From NCBI GenBank assembly GCA_000934665.2, contig KZ538361.1, positions 1-64,000 of the forward strand: 64,000 nt of DNA, read 5' to 3'. A program made the translations under genes and the position numbers. This document shows, piece by piece, positions 36,404 through 49,889 of this stretch. Source of the DNA: Catajapyx aquilonaris (lineage: Eukaryota). Below the pieces are notes generated by a model. The model searched no databases. It was not told the DNA's origin and was given only the letters and a program-made list of their open reading frames with translations. How positions within the stretch are numbered: position 1 is the stretch's first letter; every line of letters begins with the position of its first letter.

Positions 36404-39400
36404 GACCAGAAGCGACGTGGCAGCTCTGTTTTCCAAGTTGCATGGAGTCAAAGCCGCGGGGGTGGGCCCCTAGCTTTTATATGATAGGTAGCCTGGAAAA
36501 GGCCAGATGGTCGATAGGCCTTGTGTTGGGGACGGGGCAAGAGTTTGTTGTGTTGTAAGAGGAAAATTTTTGGGAAGCAGCAGCTGTTTCCTTCAGTTGC
36601 CGCCAAAAAACCGTCGGCGTTGTATGACAAAAGACCCGCAAATTTTTTTAAAAAAATAAAAAAAAATTAAAAAGGTGCACGCGGCCATATTCCAAGGTGG
36701 ACAGGTGCAGAAGAGCGAAACTGTAACCTTCACAAATCATCTACCAGTTGTCCTCGTTGGTTCCTCAGATAGTCCTAATTTTTCTGGGGATGATTGATAC
36801 GATTCCGAAACCTACCGAAAACTGGACGCCAACAACACTATAATTGCACAAGGACAAGAGTTTATTTTTTTTGACCCTTCAGGCCAGTTTTCGAACATTT
36901 TGCCCCCTCATTCCACGAGCCCCTCGGGCAACATCGTGCTGGTAAGGGGAGGTTAAACAAAAAAAGAAGAGAAAAAGAAAAAAAAGAGAGAAACTTCAAG
37001 GTCCACACTTTACAATCGTCAGAAGCAGAGGTGTAGAAACCTTGGCGTGAGTCATACTAGAGGGTCAGGCAAGGGGGAAGTACTTGCAATGTTCGCATGA
37101 CGTCAAAAAAAATCGGAGTCAGCGCATGCGTACTGGACAGTAGCAACTGACCAAAAAATAGGGGAAAAACCTTGGGAAAAAAACTGTTTTTGAGGACTAA
37201 CTCTTCAAGGGGGGGGCCTTTAGCTTGGGAAGAAAGGTTTGCTCTCAGGGGGGTGGTGACGACCCATCTAAACCTTGCTACCTCCACCCATCTTCACTGT
37301 CATGAAGCTTTTGTTTGGAACCATCCTTGTTTTCTTCTACCATTTTTTTTTTCTGGCATGAAATGGTCACTACCCAGATGCTTTTTCCGGTGGACATTTC
37401 GGCGCCTCGGTGGGTTTCCCCTCCTGGTAATTTGCATGGTTCTGGAAAACGATAACTAACGACCGGGGGAGATGCAAGAAACCGAACACCGCATGTAGTG
37501 TGTTGAGCCTTTTGTAACGTGAAACTTGTCCAACAACTCGGGTGTTACTAGAGAGTGGAATCTCAGAGGAGGTCTAGGCGGCTAATTAGCTTAGTCTTAC
37601 CTGTGCAGGGAGGGGGGTTCAGAGGCAAGGGGGGGATGTAGCTCGTTAGTCTGAGGGAGGCCAAATCTCTCAGGTCCTCATTAAAAGCATTGGGCATCGC
37701 TGGGGGACCCACAGGCTCATTTCGCCAATGTCTCGTTTTCGTTTCATATATACACACATGTAAAAAAAAAAGGACGAATGCGTGTTCAGAATGTCCGGTG
37801 AGATATATGTCAGGTAAAATTAAGCACGAAACCAGGTGTGGTACGGTTTTTCAACATTTGGACATAAATACAATATTAATCTTTGGACACTACAAGCCGA
37901 GGTTTCAAAAAGATATCCACGCACATAAGACCCAGTTATACCGTATATTTTTTTTAAATCGCAATTATTATACATATCAAACTACAGCCCAAATCAGCCG
38001 CAACAATGCGGCTCCAATTTTTTTTGAACATATCGAACCAATGAAATATGCATATTCAGGAAATTGAGTCGGTTTTCAGCACGAATTTATACTGAGCCAA
38101 ATTGTAGAGTACAGAAACGGGGCCAAATATTTCTTCACGTAAAAACCGGCAAGGGCTTTATGAACCATACACGCATATTTCACCAACCGATTTTCACCCA
38201 CTTAAATTACATTCCACTAATTATCCAACAGTAAGACGTGGTCAAGATCTGGCTTCAGATACCCAACTCGCCCTTTCAAAACTAACACACACCGCTACCG
38301 TGTGCACTCACATGGTGCTCGGAAGCAGCTCTCAGATTTGTGCTCTCTTAACACGCGTTGAGATGAACACACCTGTCGCACCCTTTAAAAAAATTTATAA
38401 ACTAAAAAAATGCCGGTATATTATATACAAAAAAAAATATCCATGGGCTGATTAGAAATGCGAGGCCGACTCGGTTGGACGCTACCGGAGCTGACCCCGA
38501 CTGAGACACCCTACTGGGAAGAAGAACTAGCTCTCCCCCTTTTATAATTTGGCCTCTGTGGTAGCCCTGCCGTGTGAACACGACATACCTGACAAAATAA
38601 TTAAGTCACACACACACAGAGGCGACAGGTGACTCTTGAAAAAAAAAGGCGTTCCATATCTGGGCTATTTGTCACAAAGCAATCCCTCGGTGCAACCGGT
38701 TTAGCTACCGGGTAGTTAGGTAAGCAGAAAAGACATGCTACAGTAAACGGAATGAGCCCCAGGGTAAAAGCGGGAAGAGAGAGGTGAAAGAAAAAAAAGA
38801 ATCGGGAAAGACATGCATGAAGGCAAGCTGTAATTAAGTGTCCAGTTTGTTCCAACTTCGATACGCAATCTTGCTACATTTTTAATTCTGAGCACGAAAT
38901 ACATTTGAGATGATGGACGCCGGAAGACCTTGACTACCATACACGGTACACCAGACGATATTGACTTTGTTTTGTTCACAGTCAGGTACTACCAACCGAT
39001 ACAATCAATGGACCTGTCGCGTTTCGCCCCCCTTCCAGTATTGAGGAAACGTTTCGTTTCACGCGGATCAAGACGCAAACGAGCGTGAAACAGCAGCCCT
39101 TTAGAAACACTCGTCAGGTTCCCAAAGTGGGCTCCGGGTAGTGATTTGGCGAGATGAGGTAAAACGAGTGAGTCAGTCGGAAGGGGGGCCTCCAGCTTGT
39201 ACTATTCCCCGGTGGTAAAGTGTGGGCCTGAAAGCCGGGCCACGGAGGTCGAGCCCCGGCCAATTTGTTTGGCGGCCAGCCGCGCAGATTGCCGCCTCTG
39301 CGATCCAGGAAGACTTAATTAGCCGTTTAATAAGGTGCTGCTGAACGGAGCATTATGTTACCCCAGGCCGCGACTCCGGTTACCCCTGCTGCTGTTGGAG

Positions 39401-39986
39401 GGGAGGCAGCTGCTGGATGTACCAAAGACTATAAGTCAGCTGATTAGACGGATCGGCCATCTTGTCCACGTGGTTTGAAATGCCGTTGGGGAAACTGTCG
39501 CTAGTTGAAAAAACCGGGGGATTGAAAGACATAAATGGAAGGGTGTGGAGGCGGGGGAAAAAAAAAACCGTGGACTTCTTTGTAGGTAGTCGCGTGGCTG
39601 CGACCACAAGCAAAGCGCTTTGGCAATCACTCCTCGCGTCGTAGGGCAGGGCCAATGCAGCAACCACCACGGAGCCATCTTCATCACAAAGGGGCGCACC
39701 GGAAGCAGCTGCGCCTGATTGCAAACTAGGCTTCCTCTGGACACACGTAGAGGCGGGGCAGCAGCCCCCAGAAGAAAGCGGCCCTTTTCGGGGGCACAAA
39801 TGGCTTTCCATCCAGGTGGATGCCATGTTGTGTAGAAGAGAGGGGGGGGGGTGCACACAAACTATTCAACGGCCACAACCACCCCCAACAACCTAATCAT
39901 AATTGCCAAGGATTATTACAAGTAACTCTCCCGAAACCAAACCCCACCCTCTTGGGAGGTCATTCATGGTGGAGGCACGAATGTGA

Positions 39987-40040
39987 CCCCGTAGCTCAGT
40001 GGCAGAGCGCTCGCAGTCCCGGGTTCGATTCCCGGCGGGG
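39987..40040 (+). pseudogene. tRNA-derived fragment / SINE head lacking most of the anticodon arm
   Basis: ccccgtagctcagtggcagagc...cccgggttcgattcccggcgggg; related to 42708-42781. Confidence 0.6.
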
Positions 40041-42707
40041 AAGGCTTTTTCCACCGGCTGGCTTCCCATTCCTCCCATTCGATGTCCAAAACTGCATTGT
40101 GTTTTCAAGTGGAACAATCGCACGAAAAGACCTTCCCTTTTCTCACAAGCACCGAAGGCAACTTCTTGGAAGAAAAGAAAGAAAAAATAACAAAAGTATG
40201 CACCTGTATCCTCCAAAGCTGGAGGCAAATCTCTGGCTATAATTATAGTATTCGCACGCTAGCACAAGACCTTCGTCTTTGTCCGCTTGATTTACCAGCT
40301 TCGAGACCTCAAGTTCGGACTACGGGCTCCTACTGCGCAGTCTTGATGTACAGTGTCTATGAGCGTTCGTGAGGTAAACGAAGCGCAAATATCATGCACG
40401 CAGTCTTGTGCTTCCTCGTTTTTCTCCTTCGGACAAAGGTGAGAAAAGGCGTTTTTTTGGCGGCAACGCGTGGAGACTCATTTTGTGCAGCAGCGGTTGT
40501 AGGTTCAAAGAAGAAGAGGTTGGCCTGCTGCTGACTCGAGGTGTCGTGTGAGCCGAAAGGGTCCGTTGCGTGTCCGGAGATGTGACAGAAAGGTGATGAA
40601 TTACTCCGGAGGCTTCTTTCCCGAATCCTCATAACCGTAGGGGTAGGGGGTGTACGAGACAAGAAAACGGGGGTTTTCTTATCCACCAAGACCTATTCTC
40701 ACATTAGCCGGCACTGAAAGGTACGGATTCGGATGGCTGAATGGGTAGCGTGCTACGAGGTATAATCTTTCTTGTCCGTTTTTTATTGTATTTCTTGGCT
40801 ATGTCCCTCTTCCGGCTGGTTTTTAGTGGATGTGTCATCATGGAACGTCGCAGATATATTTTTGCAATATTATTGGAAATGTGGCTGTATACCCTATAGC
40901 TAGAAGCAGGAAGGAGGATAATCAGTTGCATAACTAGTAAACGAAAAATTGCATGCATTTGTATCCTTGATTATAAACAGCCGCACCCTTTTTGGCTACG
41001 ACTTGCATAGAATTTCTAATCCTAAATGAAAAGACATCCCTGAATGTTGTTTGTTGAACAACTCAAGGCGAATTAGGCTACTGTTCGATACATTGCAGTG
41101 ACTCTGAGATACCATGAACGAAGGAAGGCACCACATGAGGAAAGCCTCTCACACGTGGTGTGTATCTTCTTAAACGCTGTAATTTCCGAGTGCACTGGGG
41201 GAGAAAACCGTGCTTCATAAAGTGAAGGCCTTCCTCATTAGTTCGTGATGAAATCCTCGTTCCGTTTCCTAAATGCCTCGTGTTCGAGGTACATATAACC
41301 CGGACTTCCTAAATATCGATTGGGCCTCCTCCGTTCCCAGAGATAATTAGCCTTGTTTTTGCACGTCAGGTGTGGCACTAGTCATAGTCAAGTGCCGTAT
41401 TATTAGAATCTGGATAAAAACAATAGGGGTGGCAAAAATATGACACGTCTCTTGGAAGTCGCTGGCCGCGTGGCCGGTGCACAAAGATGGCGGACGATTG
41501 GCAATATAACCGACCTGGAAACCTGATTCGACAAGTGTCTCGACTTTGCACGACTTTCCCCTTAGACCCAGAACTGTCAATGGGCCTGTCTTTCACATAC
41601 GAGCCAGACTTGTACTGGGATCAAAATTCAGCCTACTTATGATATCAACAATGGAGTCTGGACATGTATCAGGTGTGATTGGCGACTTCCAATTTGGCCT
41701 TTTGGGACATGCGAGAAAGGGCAGTGCTTTTTAGCTATTGGGTGGAAGTTTGGTGCAATCGTGTGCACTCTCTCCATCATTGGGGGACCGGGAATCGATT
41801 GACAAAGACATGCCCTGCCCTATGGTGACAAATGTGTGCATCTAGCAAGTTGGTCGCAACTAACTTGTAAGAAAAAAAAATCAAATATGCTAATGAGTAG
41901 TATATCTGTAGTTCTTATCAAGACATGTTATTGAATGGTCTAGCTCCAGTGCAGTGGTGCAGGACCCGAATAAATGAGGTTGAGCGGCTGCAGACTTGAG
42001 GCCAACAGGAGCAGCTTGGATCGAAATTGACTCATAACCAGCAATTATGAAAACCTATCCATTCTACCCCCCTATACCCCCACCCTTCTATAATTCATCG
42101 GATACAATTAACCGGTTTCGGACGCCCGCGCTTCTTATCTACCTGATATTTCGACCAGCCAAGCGTTATGCTTGGCATCACATCGGGCCTGTCAATAACA
42201 GTGCAGACTGCCCCCTTCCTAAAATACTAGAAAAAAAGGAGGGCTCGACAATAGTGACCGATATGTTTTCATTCCTGTAACGCAACAATGCGGCTTTTGT
42301 GGACCCCCCGAGAGTGAAATTTTTTTAACGACTTGTGACTTGTGTACTATTTCCTGGGCATGGCGCGCGGAAGGGCAGACGAGCATAAATCCTGCCTTAG
42401 TTGGGACACTACTACTTGAATCTCTGTGAAAAACCAAGGCTGACTTCCCCCCCACTTCCCTCCTTCCCCCACCGACATCCGCCGAACACTGTTCCTGGTC
42501 ATTCGTTTCCCTTCTCATTGTTACAAATTTTTTCCCTACATCAGAGAAGCAGTACCGAAATGTGTAGGAAGTGAACTGGTAATTGCATCCTCCGATCCTG
42601 CTAACAAAACCTATCCAGCACAGTTAGAGTATTGTGGTCACCCTGATGCTCGACTAATGTGTTCAGCATGTGGGTGAGAGTGTGTGAGTGTGTGGCAGGC
42701 CAATAGA

Positions 42708-42781
42708 AACCCCGTAGCTCAGTGGTAGAGCCATCGCCTGTTAGTCACGGCGAGACCCGGGTTCGATTCCTGGCGGGGTTG
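42708..42781 (+). pseudogene. tRNA-like element (Asp-like pseudo-tRNA or SINE head)
   Basis: Acceptor AACCCCG/CGGGGTT, D arm GCTC-AGTGGTA-GAGC, T arm CCGGG-TTCGATT-CCTGG. The anticodon stem TCGCC/GGCGA closes a non-canonical 10-nt loop containing GTC. Confidence 0.6.
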
Positions 42782-43295
42782 CTGATGGCAATACGTCGTG
42801 CTTTCTCTGTGATATTAGGCGAGCTTAGAGTGATCATAATACCCATACCTAGCCCTACCCATCAGGCCAACCCTATATTAGTCCACAACAGGTACCGGGG
42901 GTGTGTGTATACACTTTTTTTAATTCCTAAAAAATATAGGTTATGCTAGTTGGAAAGGCAAGTCAGGACATTTGCAAGTTTCCGCCATAATCGTGATCGA
43001 TTTTCGATCCAAGTTTCTTCAGTAAAGGAACATTTGGGCCGGTCCTATCGTGGATGAAAACGGCAATTTTCCGACGCCGATACCAAACTATGGGGGCCAG
43101 GAGCTTCTGACATACATGAAATATTAGTCGAGGGAAACTTGTGGGGCTTAGGGGGTGGAGGGACTGGGAGTTGGAGTTGGGGGTGGGGAAGTTCAAACCC
43201 AGCACGGATGGTACCAACGCTCTTGTAAATCTCCGGAAAGGTCGTACCTGTCAACACATACACATATACCGAGATGGTTGCGCGCCCTTTAATAC

Positions 43296-43350
43296 CCTCA
43301 TGGCTCGTTTGGTGAAGCACCGGATTACCTGGGTTCGAATCCCCTACATG
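43296..43350 (+). mobile_element. Degenerate tRNA-derived SINE head
   Basis: A-box-like tggctcgtttgg and B-box ggttcgaatcc. Confidence 0.4.
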
Positions 43351-45864
43351 CACACGCAATCTCATGCTGTGGGACCCAAAATGGGCGTAGTCCCTCTGAG
43401 GTACACTACACAATTGCAATATCCTTAATGAGATATGAAAAAACACATGCAGAAAAAGCTTGGAGTCAAGATTCCCCAAACACACAGTTTCGTGCGGTGG
43501 TTGGAATTAATAATTACAGCACGAATAAACATTTTGCTGGATGAGATGACCAGCTATCATGCAATTCCGTTGGGTCAGAAGATGTCGCCATATAAACCAG
43601 TGCCTGACTGTATATATAGAGGTCTCGTGGCATTACAGAAAAACATGAGTAATTAGCCTATACGGTGCAAAATGGTTGCATTCAGTTGAGCACACACGCT
43701 TTTTATTATCTGCATGGCCAATTTGCATTTCGAGATGATGAAGATGTGTGGGTAAGGAATAAATGGGAATTATTTATGCATCCTTCACACAATTATTAGG
43801 GGCGCACGCATTTGCCTTTTTTTCTCAAAGCTTGCTGTTGTTGCTGCCTAAGTCCAGGTGTAAATTAATAAGAGAGGATGATGAACCAAAAACTAGCCAA
43901 ACCAGTTTATATTTAAATGTTGGACCCGCTTTTTTCCGACGTTAAAAATTCGGGCGCATCAGGGATACGACTTTTATGACGTGTTAAACACGTTTCAAAC
44001 CATTTTCAAAAGCGCTCATTTCGCGTTACGAGACGATCAAAAGATTTGGAAGCAATTGCCTTCACATAACTTGCACAGTGGGTACCGAAAAAAAAATGTA
44101 TGAAGAGGGGGAGACACCTTCGTGTGTGTAGGTCGTTACAGAGTGAGTTATTGTCCTCGACGAACGCAATGAGACTATATATATGAATGCAGAGCGCATC
44201 TGTCTTGTACGGACTTGCTCGATTCAATTATTTTCAGTTGTCACCGCTCGTGTTGTATGTGGCAGCCTATTTACATTCAATACCACAAGACATACTTTAT
44301 TGCCGGTCGGTTCATTCCGCATAATTTGCGCCCATATATATTTCGACCCCCTCACGCAACTCATAAAAAAAAAGCTTGGAAAATCAGTTGAGCCTGCACA
44401 ATCCCGAAATGTTTTAGTGAGTAGAAACGCGCCATTCGGGCCTGACACTAATCGCTGTTTATGGGGTTTGAATTAGCTCGTTAACTCGAGATGCGTCATA
44501 ATTATCGCCAGGAAGGATAGGAGTGTCGGCTGACTGTGTGTGGCGCTGGGGCCCCCTGTCTGTGTGGCTATGCCGCTCAGTTTTCAGGGCTCGTAACCTT
44601 ATGTGTAGTCCTAAATTTTTCGTAGGCGGCTACGGAAGTGTTCGTGACACGTGCGGAGGATACGAGTGTGAAGTAGCACGGCAAATCCCCGTGGCTACCC
44701 AAACTCCGAAAAACTTTTGCGTGACAGGGCCCCCCTGGCCTAAAGCTTCCCTTGGCATCAATAACTTATCATGCGTTTTATTGTGAATGTTTGGATGTAG
44801 AGGGAATCGGGGACGATAGAAAGGAAGTGGAAGTGTGAAAAATACAGGTAATAGTTAAATATTTTAAGGGCTATGCGTGGACAAACCGCCCGGAGTCGTC
44901 GCCTGTTGCGAGCAACCTCCGACATGTAAAACCGTTGATGCTTGGTCCAACGTATTACCAGTCCCCGTGGCGAGTGTGCAATATTATTAAACGTAGCACC
45001 TGAATATGAAAAATCATACTATGAAAAGCCAGGGAAAATAAAAGGGCTGGGAGGACAGGTGAAATGGGAAGTTAGCAGCTGCATGTCTGTGTCTATCTTC
45101 AACCACCTGTTTGTCAGTGGGTCGTCGTGGCGGAACCATCCCGTTTCTTCCCAATTTTGTCCCTTTTGACGTCGCTCAAAATGCATTGTTATCCGACCCG
45201 TTATCTCGTTAACTGATTCATCCGTTCCTGTGTGAGTTGACTGGAACGCGTGTGTATCCTGCCTTCCATGGCAAGACGTATCAGTCCTGATCAGGTGATT
45301 CATGTGGGCTCCTCATGGTTTTCAACTTAATAACTGACTAAATATGAAGACTTGAAATTAAGAAGGATCAGTCACATTTTGGGTGAAAATTCGTTTGACA
45401 GAAAAAATCAATTAGTCTCGAAATGAGTCCAATGTGACATGGATCGTCCTGAATATATTTCAGGTCTTTATTATTTTGCAGAAACACTAGAAGTATGCGC
45501 ACGGTAGGTGATAACGTGTAAGTGCGGGTTCGTTCCCCAAACCGGATCCAAGCAAGCGAACAATAGTGTTGAATCAAGTGTAAACGAAATAATTTATGAA
45601 CTTATTGGGATTCCAGAGGCGGCCCCAGGTGCAGGAACTCTTCTTATACCTCTGTTTATGACCCTGGATTTGGGAACGACTTCCCGGGTTTTACAAGTAT
45701 CCGGGTCGTAAAAGAATGTTCAGTGTGTCTGGCGGCAAATCCGGCGTAGATAGACGAGTGTGTGTGTAGATAGCCCGCAGCAGACTGAGCTTAGGCGACA
45801 GGCTGCGATGACGGGGGCGACCACGCGCAAGACGTAAAACTCGCCGTTCCCCTCTCTCTTCCAG

Positions 45865-46464
45865 GTGAAAATCTGGTTCCAAAACCGGCGCAGCAAGTAC
45901 AAGAAGATGATGAAGGCAGCCCAGCAACAAGCAGTGCAACAGACCCAACAATCAGCGTCGTCGCAGGCGGCGGCCGCAGCAGCAGCGGCAGCAGCGGCGG
46001 CGGCAGCAGCCGGTGGCCCAGCAGGAGGTCAATCAGGCGGCGGTCAACAGAGGAGCCAACAAGGGAGCCCGCCCGGGAACACGCCGGTTAGTACTCCTGG
46101 CTTGGTGCAGCCCAACCCTGCCACCACACCCCATGAGGCTATGAGCCCGCAACCACCACCTCCATCACAAACTCTTAGCCCCGGGGCCGGCGGCACTGGC
46201 GGCGGGGCCCCAACCCCCGGCAGCAGTTACTTAGGCCCCGGGAGTAGTGCTGCCCCAAACCCGCCACCAACCCCCAGCACCCCGGCCAATGAGATGTCCC
46301 CTCAGACCCCAGCCCTTTCAGGAAGTCCGCCCGTGGTATCAGCCAGCGCCTGGGATATGAAGCCAGTGAACGCTCAGGCCCTGCAAGTTAGTACCAGTTA
46401 CATTCCGCAGTACTCGTGGTATCAGACGGACACTGGACCTATGAATCACGGACTGCTCACGTAA
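45865..46464 (+). CDS. Dll: Distal-less coding exon 3: helix 3 (VKIWFQNRRSKYKKMMK), Q/A/G/P-rich region, C-terminal WDMK and YIPQYSWYQ motifs, stop TAA
   Basis: Acceptor cccctctctcttccag|GTG at 45864/45865. It completes the homeodomain in frame. Exon lengths 292+182+600=1074 nt = 357 aa plus stop. Confidence 0.97.
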   Translation: MKIWFQNRRSKYKKMMKAAQQQAVQQTQQSASSQAAAAAAAAAAAAAAAGGPAGGQSGGGQQRSQQGSPPGNTPVSTPGLVQPNPATTPHEAMSPQPPPPSQTLSPGAGGTGGGAPTPGSSYLGPGSSAAPNPPPTPSTPANEMSPQTPALSGSPPVVSASAWDMKPVNAQALQVSTSYIPQYSWYQTDTGPMNHGLLT

Positions 46465-47180
46465 TAGACTGTGCGGTTGCCCGGTGCCTGCCTGCCTGCA
46501 TGACCAGCAGACTGCAAGCTTGCCCCACCTATTCAGAGCCAGTGTGAATGGCGTGTTAATCAGTTGCCAATCTTCACCTACTACTGTATGGTTACACTCT
46601 TCTCACTTCTCACATATTATTATATGTACAAGACTTAAAATAATATTATTATATTATTATTATTCTTGTGGGGTGAAGGGAGATACAATGCACCACTCTT
46701 ATGTGTGACATGATTGCTTGTCGTCTCCCTTCAGGACTACAAAGATATAATTATTATAATAGGAAATTGTAATAAATGAGAGGGAAAGGTTGGGAATTGA
46801 TGTTCTTCGGATGGATGGATGGGTAGGTGGGAGGGTGGGCAGGTCAGGTCAGGTCGTGGATTCACGACCTAGGATATATAGTAAGGCGAATAGAAGGTTT
46901 AAAAAAATATCTCCAGAACAAACAAACAAATAAAAAAAAAGTTTAGATGTAAAGTCCACTTTGTATTTGAGGTGTCGTGCGTTGCTTTGTGAATATGCCC
47001 CATCCAAGCCGCCATTATTTTGCATTAGTCCTACACAAGTCCAAAGACCCTGTTTTCGTTGCTGCCGTGTGTACAGTACTGTGCTCCTCCTCATGCCATA
47101 TTTTGACACGATACACACGAATACACATCAAACACACAGACAACATCCAGTGCATACACACACCAAAAAATAAACACATT
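46465..47180 (+). other. Dll: Probable proximal Dll 3' UTR with candidate polyadenylation signals
   Basis: Follows TAA TAG, with AATAAA at 46771, 46929 and 47169. The true 3' end is unknown and may be further downstream. Confidence 0.5.
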
Positions 47181-49480
47181 CCGTGCTGTTTGCCTGGTTC
47201 GTTCTTCATGGGATGGAGACCCAGTGCCATTTTCCTGTCTCTGAGTTTGGTACTCTCTCAAAGACCTTTTTCTGACGGTTCGGATCTGCAGTGCTTACAA
47301 GTATTACGTCACTGATGAGTACAAAACTTTCCATTCAGAGTACATTTTGAAATTGACAACGTGGGTGTATTATATTGCTGGAGTGCATGCACTCGGACTC
47401 TTGTCATACTTGTATGCACCATTAGAGAGAACCTCTTTTTAAAAACCCTTCATTCCGAGTGTACATAATGTAGAATCTCAGGGGTCTAGCCGAAGGCCTT
47501 TGATTCCCAATTTCATTTCCTTCTAGTTTCTTTTCGTATGTTTTGTACTAGCGACTATGTAACTAAAGATCTCCAATGTAAAATTAGCAGACATAAGGCA
47601 ACTTCACGTGTCTCCTTGTACGTGGGATAAAAAAAAGGTTTGATGGGGCTTAGGTCGCCTTGTTTCTTCTTCTTAGAAAATTAGCAGAACAGTTTGTTCC
47701 ATCCTATGAAGAAGAGTTTGGGCACGGGAATGGCTCCTTCAGGGAATATGCCACTTGCCCACAGTCTAGGCACAGAAACTATACAGTCTGGTGGTGACAA
47801 GATTTTTTTAATTGTCCGATGCAAGAGCAAGTACTGCGTATATAAGATTTTTTTTGTCAATTTTAAAAAAAAGTGGGTGTTCCTATAGAATCTACACTGC
47901 TGCAATGGAAAGCTTGGTAGTTTGTATCGCCTACCAACTCCCAAATCTGCAATTTCGTGCAATACTTTTTTTCCACTTTGGTAACAATCGTTTGGAAACC
48001 GTAACACTAAAGTGTAATTTCCATCATAGTGATGGTCACGTACCGGGGTTTTAAGAGTTGGTGACCCCGAGGAACCTTATTTACTAAGGAAACCAAAGGA
48101 GGTTTCATGGAAGCAGAAAATGGAGAGAGTGTCTGGTTTGCTGTCGTTTCAGTTCGTCTGATCCGATTGTCAATCTGGTCATCCTACCGTGCTGTTGTAC
48201 CATGGTGCCTCTTTGGGTTGTTCCTTGTGACATAATCATGTGCAGTACGCTTCGACGAAACCAGCTACAGTATTAACATAATGCCGCTTGTAAATTCGTT
48301 TTTATTTTCCTAATTTGTGATGTATTATAAACGAACGGTAGTCTTGTTGTTTTTAGTAAGTTCTGGACGAGAGATTTCTCGTTTCTGTTTCCCAATCGCA
48401 AAGCTTGTAACTTTCTCTTTCAGCAAAAGCCGAGGGCAGTTAGGTTCTGACGCCATACCTCGCAAAAATACGAAGAATTCCGCACCAGAACGTTATTTTC
48501 AATGCGATAGTTTGTCTTTTATGTAACGAGCATTTTTATTGACCTTTCTTTTGGCTGTGTAGCCCCCTATGCCAATCTTTGCAATTGTTCCTCATTGTCT
48601 CTTGCCCTTCCATGTTAGGTGTGAGTAGCTTTTCTATATGTAGGACAGTTGCTTTGAGGAAAGTTGAGCAAGAGCGAACGGAGTACTACCACCGAAGGTT
48701 GTACTTGTGGAACACTTTGGACACCTACTCAAAATACTAAACAGGCAGAGAAAAAAAAATAGCAACAACTTACTGGAAGTCATAACCATTTTTACATCAA
48801 ATTATTCGATGTTATTGTGTCGGGATTAATGCCTTCCTTGCAAACCTCTGCTCGTTCTTGCACTATGTCAAATTTGTCATTAAGATAAGTATGAAGCAAA
48901 CTGTACTGTAAACAATGCTGTCTGTAAAATACAGGGAATTTGAAAAAAAACACTGTGTCCGCACTTATTTACGGAAACTTCCTAACAGTTCCGGTTTTTT
49001 GTGGCCTGTAATATACTCCCGTAAAAATTAGCTGTTTCTTGATTCAGATGAGGGGTTTTTGTTGTTGAACAAGTGTCTTCGGAAAAACACACTTGCGTTC
49101 CCCTACCCCCCTCTAATACTGAATGTTTTATTAGACTTGAATGTAGTAATTGCTCTGCTAATTAATAGTAGCGATGGGATATTACTCCTCTCAGCCATCC
49201 TTCACTTTTTTTCTCTCTCTCATGGCATGGCAATTGAGAAGGCCACAACCAACGGGAATTGGGTAGGGAACATGAGACCCCCTCTCCCTCACCCCTCACC
49301 TATGTCACCCAACCCTTCTCTTCCTCCCTCACGCACTCTTTCACAACCCAAAGTCCTTTACAAAATATGACAGATGCTGCTTGATGCAAGTCACACTCCA
49401 TGATGATTCAGGTAAGTACATTCAGCATGCCCAAATATTTTTGCCAATCAAAAGCACCATGAACACACCAAATCTTGTCG

Positions 49481-49540
<60 letters not shown>
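49481..49540. repeat. (ATT)n microsatellite
   Basis: Perfect trinucleotide run. Confidence 0.97.
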
Positions 49541-49541
<1 letters not shown>

Positions 49542-49831
49542 CTGGCATCGTCCAGACATAGGCTGCTGGCACTTGGAACCAGTGGAATTGTCTGCCGCCG
49601 GGTAATAACAGTTCTGTCTCAGCCATAAAGTTTATGATCCGAAATGTAGCCAGCGGGTCCAAATTGTGCGATGGGCCCGTTTTGATATAATAATCTAGTC
49701 ACGGTTCATTTTATGGAGCCAAAGAGTAGCTTCCGAAATCAACACGCCGCCATCCTGATGCCCACATACTTTTTGAGTAAGGGACAACCCTCCAGAATTA
49801 TTTATCAAACGAATATATTTTGCATCTATTT

Positions 49832-49857
49832 CAACAACAACAACAACAACAACAAAA

Positions 49858-49889
<32 letters not shown>
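49832..49889. repeat. Compound (CAA)n/(GAT)n microsatellite
   Basis: Read directly. Confidence 0.95.

Larger units (their letters stand above)
32302..45864 (+). other. Dll: Dll intron 2 (13,563 bp, GT-AG, phase 0, within homeodomain)
   Basis: Splits the homeodomain between TQTQ and VKIWFQ, as in other Dll/Dlx genes. Confidence 0.95.

Noticed and set aside
42708..42781. Functional tRNA gene
   Set aside because: Non-canonical anticodon loop, no adjacent Pol III terminator, and a degenerate relative nearby; kept only as a pseudo-tRNA.
46462..46470. Stop-codon readthrough of Dll
   Set aside because: The stop is TAA immediately followed by TAG, a poor readthrough context.
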